Position numbers and translations under genes: made by a program | Shown: piece after piece, positions 7,955-12,404 of the stretch | Layout of the letters: each line of letters begins with the position of its first letter | Position numbering within the stretch: position 1 is the stretch's first letter | The notes under the pieces: model-generated | Told to the model about the DNA's origin: nothing | What the model saw: only the letters and a program-made list of their open reading frames with translations | The model's database searches: none | Virus record (IMG/VR): IMGVR_UViG_2703719355_000003 | Direction: 5' to 3' (one strand) | DNA length: 12,404 bases | From: a virus | Taxonomy: Duplodnaviria > Heunggongvirae > Uroviricota > Caudoviricetes

Positions 7955-8365
7955 GTGTGCGTTTCTCCTGCTCTATCCTGTTTGCCTGACTGACCAGCAA
8001 GGGAATTTCACTGATCGGCATATTCAGCAATTCGAAAGGATTAATGCGCCAGTAGCTGGCGCAATCAAAGAAGCGATCAGTAAGGTATTCAGCCGTCAGG
8101 CCTGGAGGAAAAAACCAGCCACAAGCCACGCCGCTGCATTCAGGTCTGCCGGAGACATCTGGTCGACAGAGCTTTGCGGCACTTTCGCCAGCCGCACAAT
8201 ATATTTCGATACCACATGCGCCAGAAGTCTGACGGACTCATCCTGATTCATCTGGTAGGGATACCCCAGCTCGCGGACATCTTTCCCGGTGGGCTCATCA
8301 AACTCCAGTACGGAGAGTGTCTCGCCATGAGCGGTAATCGGTTTCTTTAACTCAAGCTCTTTCAT
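7947..8365 (-). CDS. Tail assembly chaperone, predicted -1 frameshift fusion product (G/GT-type)
   Basis: The -1 frame is open from the slippery heptamer (+ coords 8108-8114) to a TGA at 7947, 7 bp before the tape-measure ATG; this layout is the conserved tail-chaperone frameshift known from dsDNA phages. Confidence 0.5.
8096..8365 (-). CDS. Tail assembly chaperone (Mu gp41-like), frame-0 product
   Basis: 89-aa ORF between the tube and tape-measure genes; shares TAATG with the tube gene; ends 3 codons after a T-TTT-TTC slippery heptamer. Confidence 0.65.
   Translation of the reverse strand: MKELELKKPITAHGETLSVLEFDEPTGKDVRELGYPYQMNQDESVRLLAHVVSKYIVRLAKVPQSSVDQMSPADLNAAAWLVAGFFLQA
8108..8114 (-). 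other. Programmed -1 ribosomal frameshift slippery heptamer (U UUU UUC)
   Basis: Minus-strand T TTT TTC in X XXY YYZ register relative to the chaperone frame; the -1 frame continues for about 55 codons. Confidence 0.5.
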
Positions 8366-8721
8366 TACTGGTAATCCCCTTCTTCACCGTGGAACTCAAG
8401 ATCGACCGTGCCTTCTTCGGCATTATGGTTCGCTTCGCCGTGCAGCCAGGCGGACGACAGTACATAGACCTGACCGTTCGCCAGCTCGGCAGTGATTGTC
8501 ATCTCATCAGACGAGGTGATTTTGCCCACCGGAAAATTCTTCGGCACCTTGAAGGTCCCTTTGACATAAGGCGCACGGTGAGTTTCCTTGCGGTCCACTG
8601 AACCGTCCAGGCCGATGATGTCATCATTAACCATCCTGTTCATGGGCACCTCAATGCCGCCGGTCAGCGATAGCTGCTGACCGTCAATTTTGAAATAACA
8701 GGTTCCCCCGATACGGGCCAT
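8365..8721 (-). CDS. Tail tube protein (Mu gp40/M-like)
   Basis: 118-aa ORF immediately downstream of the sheath gene with TAATG stop/start overlap; size and position match the Mu tube protein as recalled. Confidence 0.8.
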   Translation of the reverse strand: MARIGGTCYFKIDGQQLSLTGGIEVPMNRMVNDDIIGLDGSVDRKETHRAPYVKGTFKVPKNFPVGKITSSDEMTITAELANGQVYVLSSAWLHGEANHNAEEGTVDLEFHGEEGDYQ

Positions 8722-10217
8722 TATGCAGACTCCTCTGAATACTGAAGACGAAACTGGTTAACCACGGCAAAGACACGCAACTGGTTAACATAGTCAGGCG
8801 GGAACAGCGTGTTCAGGCGGTTCGGATCGCTGGCATCACGCTCCACAACCAGGTACTGCTTAAAAAGTTCGTAGTTTTCCACGATCCCCGCACGCTCAAG
8901 CTGACGGTAGGTTGCCAGCAGTTCCCCTTTGATCACCGCCGGGGTGACAATCGCCTGACCGGGACCAAAGCGGGTACCGTCGCTGGCAAGCTTGTGACGC
9001 CCGTACTTACTGGTAATGACGGATTTCAGTTTGCGCAGTACATACGCACTGGTATGCAGCGTCTCGCTGTCGAGGTAGCTGTTATCCGCAACCCCGTAAG
9101 CGTTTTTCCTGTACGTGGTGACATCACGCTGAATGCGCAGTACCCCGCTTTCGACATACGCCGTTGCCACGCCATGAGACAGCAGGGTCTGTTGTTCGGT
9201 CATCGTGAACCGTTTCCCCTTCGGCGCAGACAGCATACCCACCAGCTCACCGGTCTGCGTGGGACGTGCCGGATCGTTGCGGATAAACACCGCTGCGCGG
9301 GCGGTACGGCTTGCCGCCAGCTCGTCGGCAGGCGTCTGGGTGTCTTTTTCGTACCCCGCCAGGGTAATGTGCTGCTGGTTAAACTGGTCACCTGCGGTCA
9401 CCAGTTCTGACAGCGTGCCGATCTTTGCCGTATACACATGACCATACAGCTGACGCGCATAGCTCCAGCGACCGCTGGTATCGTTCATCTCGGTCACCAG
9501 CGTGTTAACGGAGGCCGTGTCGTTGAACGGCAGGCCGATATAATCAAACGGCTCATCCGCCATTGCAGCCACCGCGCCGGTGAGAACCGGAGCACCCGTA
9601 CCGGCGGTACCCGTCGCCACGGCAATCTGTACGCCCGCTGGCAGCACTTCGCCCCCACCAAAGCCGTAGTAATTGAGGCTGACAGGAATTTCATTCCCGC
9701 AAAGCCCCTTATGACGCGCGGTCAGTGTGACCACGCCTGCCGAAGATGAAGCCGTAAACGGCAGGGCCGGAACGGCATTGATGGCATCTTTGATACTGCT
9801 GGCAATCGTCGTGACGTTATCGCCGTTGGTCACCGGAGCCTGCACGCGGGTACGTCCCACATAAACATTCACCGTGCCGGTTTCGGTTGCCGCGCCGGTC
9901 ACCGTCAGCGTAACTGTTGCCGCCGCGCCCGTGGATTCAGGAACGGCAATCACATACAGTTCACCAAACGGGTCGGTCTGGCGATAAGCCTCGACCATAC
10001 GCGCCAGCTGACTTCCCGCACCACAAATCTGGCGTGCATAGTCTGCCGATGGCATCAGCACCAGACTGTTGGCAACAATCTCTGCACCGTTATTGGCATG
10101 ACCAATCAGCAGCGATGCTCCGCTGTCCTGTGCAGTATTCGCCGCCTGGTTATCCATTTCCGCATAAAAAATCGGAACCAGCGTATTCGACGGAATGGTG
10201 TTAAAGCTTATCGTCAT
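8721..10217 (-). CDS. Contractile tail sheath protein (Mu gp39/L-like)
   Basis: 498-aa ORF; size close to Mu L as recalled; followed by the tube gene; N-terminus MTISFNTIPSNTLVPIFYAEMDN... is sheath-like. Confidence 0.85.
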   Translation of the reverse strand: MTISFNTIPSNTLVPIFYAEMDNQAANTAQDSGASLLIGHANNGAEIVANSLVLMPSADYARQICGAGSQLARMVEAYRQTDPFGELYVIAVPESTGAAATVTLTVTGAATETGTVNVYVGRTRVQAPVTNGDNVTTIASSIKDAINAVPALPFTASSSAGVVTLTARHKGLCGNEIPVSLNYYGFGGGEVLPAGVQIAVATGTAGTGAPVLTGAVAAMADEPFDYIGLPFNDTASVNTLVTEMNDTSGRWSYARQLYGHVYTAKIGTLSELVTAGDQFNQQHITLAGYEKDTQTPADELAASRTARAAVFIRNDPARPTQTGELVGMLSAPKGKRFTMTEQQTLLSHGVATAYVESGVLRIQRDVTTYRKNAYGVADNSYLDSETLHTSAYVLRKLKSVITSKYGRHKLASDGTRFGPGQAIVTPAVIKGELLATYRQLERAGIVENYELFKQYLVVERDASDPNRLNTLFPPDYVNQLRVFAVVNQFRLQYSEESA

Positions 10218-10371
10218 CGGTATTCACCTTTTCATTCACGCGCCGGATATCACCCGCTGCTTCACGGCGCAGCCAGTAGTTGTTCTCATCAACATTTCGC
10301 CCCTCGGCGGGCAAAAGGTCACCGCGGGCAGGGTCAGGAACTGACCGCCCTTTAACAGGTTTCACAAACAT
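10201..10371 (-). CDS. Small conserved protein, Mu gp38-like (DUF2635-type, from memory)
   Basis: 56-aa ORF absent from the supplied track (below its length cut-off); my translation is MFVKPVKGRSVPDPARGDLLPAEGRNVDENNYWLRREAAGDIRRVNEKVNTDDDKL. It fills the gap before the sheath gene and overlaps its start by 17 bp. Confidence 0.5.
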   Translation of the reverse strand: MFVKPVKGRSVPDPARGDLLPAEGRNVDENNYWLRREAAGDIRRVNEKVNTDDDKL

Positions 10372-10379
10372 GAAGATTC

Positions 10380-10949
10380 TCAGGAAGGAAGGGTTATTTC
10401 GGTGTGATGTTCGATATCGCCGTCAGGCCCGTTACCGGGATCGAGATAATCAACATCAATCGCCAGCGTTCGCAGTTCATCCAGACTGTTCAGGTCATCC
10501 TGCTGGCGGGTATCGTCTTCGGTCAGCTCGCTGATGACCGAAAAATCGAACTGATAAATCAGCTCATGACGATTCAGATCCAGCAGCGTGCCGCCGTCAT
10601 AGGTAATCGGGTTACCGCACGCTTCCGGGTTCCAGCCCAGCAGAGCCTTAAAGAGCATCTGCCGGACATCGTCCACCACATCATACGAGGCAAACTGACC
10701 GCGCTCATCACGCCCGTTACTCAGTATGACAACCACGGAGAAGCCCTCTTTCAGCTCCTGCCAGTAGTCGGTCTGGCTTTTGTTTTCTCCCGGAGAGTCA
10801 TCACCCGGTACCACATACGCCGCCGGGAGTCTCAGCTTTCCGACCTCCGGCAGATTTTTGAACTGTGCCGCGCCTGCCACCCGGTTTTCAAAATACGGGC
10901 AGCGGGCACGCAGCGCAGCAATAACAGGCGTCAGTTTCATCTGTGTCAT
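10380..10949 (-). CDS. Putative tail completion/sheath terminator protein (Mu gp37-like)
   Basis: 189-aa ORF; synteny upstream of gp38-like and sheath genes; 4-bp overlap with the upstream gene. Function assigned by position only. Confidence 0.45.
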   Translation of the reverse strand: MTQMKLTPVIAALRARCPYFENRVAGAAQFKNLPEVGKLRLPAAYVVPGDDSPGENKSQTDYWQELKEGFSVVVILSNGRDERGQFASYDVVDDVRQMLFKALLGWNPEACGNPITYDGGTLLDLNRHELIYQFDFSVISELTEDDTRQQDDLNSLDELRTLAIDVDYLDPGNGPDGDIEHHTEITLPS

Positions 10950-11443
10950 CGCTCCGGCTTTAGTGATTTACGCAATTCCCGCGCCAGAAAATAGCGTGTC
11001 CAGCTGCGGTTCTTTTCAAGCGTTTCCACCATAAAGTTATTACGTGGAGCCAGCCGCCAGCCGCTGCCACCGGATGCACCACGATGATGACTACGACGAC
11101 GTTTTGCTCCTCCCCGGACACCAAAAAACAGAAACGCCGGATAGAAGTCACCAGAGATCATCCGGTTCCCCTTCCCGTTGCGCTGGTTAGGGGCAATGCG
11201 TGTCATAAAACCGGCTCGCTTTTTACTGGCTCTCGGCACCATGTAACCAATCGAACGAGCCAGGCGTCCGGTCTGATAACCGGGGTTTTCACCCGGTGCC
11301 GACCGCGCACGGCGCATCACCAGCCGACGGGCATCACGCATATGACGCTGCCCAATCGTGACAAACGCCCGCCGGACACGGGCGCGGTTAAAGCGCATCT
11401 CCGCGGGCTGCTGAACATCAACGTGAAAAAAGGGAGTCGCCAT
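10946..11443 (-). CDS. Neck/tail-completion protein, HK97 gp10-like family (tentative)
   Basis: 165-aa highly basic ORF; GGAGG 5 nt upstream of the ATG at 11443; contains ...PGYQTGRLARSIGY..., resembling the P-x-x-T-G-x-L-x-x-S motif I associate with gp10-type neck proteins. Confidence 0.45.
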   Translation of the reverse strand: MATPFFHVDVQQPAEMRFNRARVRRAFVTIGQRHMRDARRLVMRRARSAPGENPGYQTGRLARSIGYMVPRASKKRAGFMTRIAPNQRNGKGNRMISGDFYPAFLFFGVRGGAKRRRSHHRGASGGSGWRLAPRNNFMVETLEKNRSWTRYFLARELRKSLKPER

Positions 11444-11828
11444 TGCTGCCTCCGTGACTCTGCGTAAATTCGCCCAGTTCCGTACACTCCAGCAGCAGAA
11501 AGCGCCGCGCCCCGTTCAGATCGCGCTGACGTTTCACCCGGTACACACTGTCATCACAGACCACCTCATAATCAGCAGTGATCCCCCGGCGGTAGCGAAT
11601 GGTGATGTAATGGGTGATGGCGTCTCCGGTCTGCGCGGTTTCCTGCCAGGTGGTGGCACTGGTCTGGATAACCTTCGCCCATGCCCGGAACGCAACCGGG
11701 TATTGAGGCTCCACGCCAAAGTTATCCGCGGGCATATCCACCCGCTGGCGGATCAGGACGCGTTTATTCAGTTCGCCGGGGTCCGGCAGAATGTAGGTTG
11801 CGCTGGTCTGCGCCTGACGAATTTTCAT
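11418..11828 (-). CDS. Head closure / head-tail adaptor protein (tentative)
   Basis: 136-aa ORF; ATGA overlap with the upstream connector-like gene; ...FRAWAKVIQTS...THYITIRYRRGI...YRV... resembles head-closure family patterns as recalled. Confidence 0.5.
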   Translation of the reverse strand: MKIRQAQTSATYILPDPGELNKRVLIRQRVDMPADNFGVEPQYPVAFRAWAKVIQTSATTWQETAQTGDAITHYITIRYRRGITADYEVVCDDSVYRVKRQRDLNGARRFLLLECTELGEFTQSHGGSNGDSLFSR

Positions 11829-12147
11829 AGTGGTATAAGGCGATAAGGAACAACCAACCAGTTAAAACTCATTGGCAACTCCATTTTCTCAACGTCTGTA
11901 ACCGTTGAGCGGTTTTCGTAGAAATGGCTGACAAGTAGCAGAAGCGCCAGCTTCACATCATCAGATATCACAAGCCCATCAGGATCATCCGCAGGCCTGT
12001 CATCTGCGGTTGCATACAACTTACGGTTAAGGAAGTTTTCCGTACGACTCTGAGCGGCCTTACCAAGCAGTTCAAGCAACTCATCTTCATCAGAGAAATC
12101 ATCATCCAGACGGAGCTGAAGCTTAATCTCTTCCATTTTTAACAGCA
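11825..12147 (-). CDS. Head-tail connector protein, gp6-like (tentative)
   Basis: Start taken at the ATG at 12147 (MLLKMEEIKLQLRLDD...), 4 nt downstream of a perfect AGGAGG, rather than the longer track ORF; ...ALLLLVSHFYENRS... resembles the gp6-like connector family. Confidence 0.55.
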
Positions 12148-12157
12148 TAAAACCTCC

Positions 12158-12179
12158 TGTGCCCGCCAGAACGCGGGCA
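12158..12179 (-). promoter_or_regulatory. Perfect 8-bp GC-rich hairpin abutting the RBS of the connector gene
   Basis: GTGCCCGC-CAGAAC-GCGGGCAC on the + strand; on the minus-strand mRNA it sits between a U8 run and the AGGAGG. Not terminator-shaped for either strand (the U-run is 5' of the stem on the minus strand). Confidence 0.4.
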
Positions 12180-12200
12180 CAAAAAAACCGCATTACGCGG
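12180..12200 (-). terminator. Weak terminator/attenuator candidate after the upstream head gene
   Basis: On the minus strand a short CCGC-GUAAU-GCGG hairpin (+ coords 12188-12200) is followed by U8 (+ coords 12180-12187); only a 4-bp stem, so low confidence. Confidence 0.25.
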
Positions 12201-12226
12201 CGTGCTGTATTACGTAAAAAGACTAA

Positions 12227-12404
12227 TCAACCACCAACGCTACCTTTCCCCACCAGCGCTTTAATGGCAGAGGTGTCTTCCAGGATACAGTCAAAACGAT
12301 GGAAGGCCAGAAAACCAGTCTGATCATATTCCGCGTAATGAACCGCCCCGGAAATCCTGGAGACTAAACTCCCTGAGAAAGAGGTAAACAGGATGACTAA
12401 AAAT
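12227..12404 (-). CDS. 3' end of upstream late gene (possibly the major head protein); partial
   Basis: The only frame open from the window edge to a TGA at 12229..12227 (59 codons, ...HYAEYDQTGFLAFHRFDCILEDTSAIKALVGKGSVGG*). Its position upstream of the connector gene suggests a head gene; not recognised by sequence. Confidence 0.4.
   Translation of the reverse strand, partial: FLVILFTSFSGSLVSRISGAVHYAEYDQTGFLAFHRFDCILEDTSAIKALVGKGSVGG

Larger units (their letters stand above)
1..12404 (-). mobile_element. Mu-like prophage, late morphogenesis region (partial; extends beyond both window edges)
   Basis: Minus-strand operon in which eight of the gene junctions share one base or overlap by 4 bp (ATGA/TAATG type); gene order matches Mu tail module L-M-gp41-Y-N-P-Q-V-W-R-S as recalled from established knowledge. 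No search run. Confidence 0.8.

Noticed and set aside
12158-12187. GC hairpin followed by A8 on the plus strand as a rho-independent terminator
   Set aside because: The orientation is wrong for both strands: on the plus strand the stem is followed by A's, not U's, and on the minus strand the U-run precedes the stem. Kept only as an unexplained RNA structure or processing element.
12380-12404. Plus-strand GAGG followed by ATG at 12393 (MTKN...) at the window edge as the start of a plus-strand gene
   Set aside because: Only four codons are visible, and the region is covered by a 59-codon open minus-strand frame consistent with the 3' end of the upstream head gene; insufficient evidence.
1-12404. 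CRISPR arrays, tRNA or rRNA genes, IS elements, integrase or attachment-site repeats
   Set aside because: No tandem repeat-spacer periodicity, cloverleaf-like segments, terminal inverted repeats or transposase/integrase-sized ORFs were seen; the window is almost entirely phage structural genes.

Overview
The window is about 12.4 kb of the late (virion morphogenesis) operon of a Mu-like myovirus prophage, in GC-rich (by eye ~55-60%) enterobacterial-type DNA, with every credible gene on the minus strand. Reading right to left in window coordinates: the 3' end of an upstream head-region gene, a head-tail joining module, tail sheath, tail tube, a frameshifting tail-assembly chaperone, tape measure, a DNA-circularisation N-like gene, baseplate genes corresponding to Mu P/Q/V/W/R, and the N-terminus of the tail fibre (running off the left edge). 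Gene order matches Mu L-M-gp41-Y-N-P-Q-V-W-R-S as I recall it; all family calls rest on ORF geometry, synteny and remembered motifs, since no search could be run. The stand-out is a ~680 bp AT-rich insertion (5439-6121) between the tape-measure and N-like genes, which are adjacent in Mu. It carries one gene with its own candidate promoter and a clear intrinsic terminator, encoding a protein I cannot assign to any family. That gene's signal peptide is knocked out of frame at an A7 homopolymer, which could be a slipped-strand switch, a pseudogene or a sequencing error. Other points worth a second look: a canonical -1 slippery heptamer in the chaperone gene, a gix/hix-like invertase crossover candidate coinciding with a composition drop inside the tail-fibre gene, and hairpins between the head gene and the connector gene. 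No rRNA, tRNA, CRISPR array, IS element or integrase is visible.
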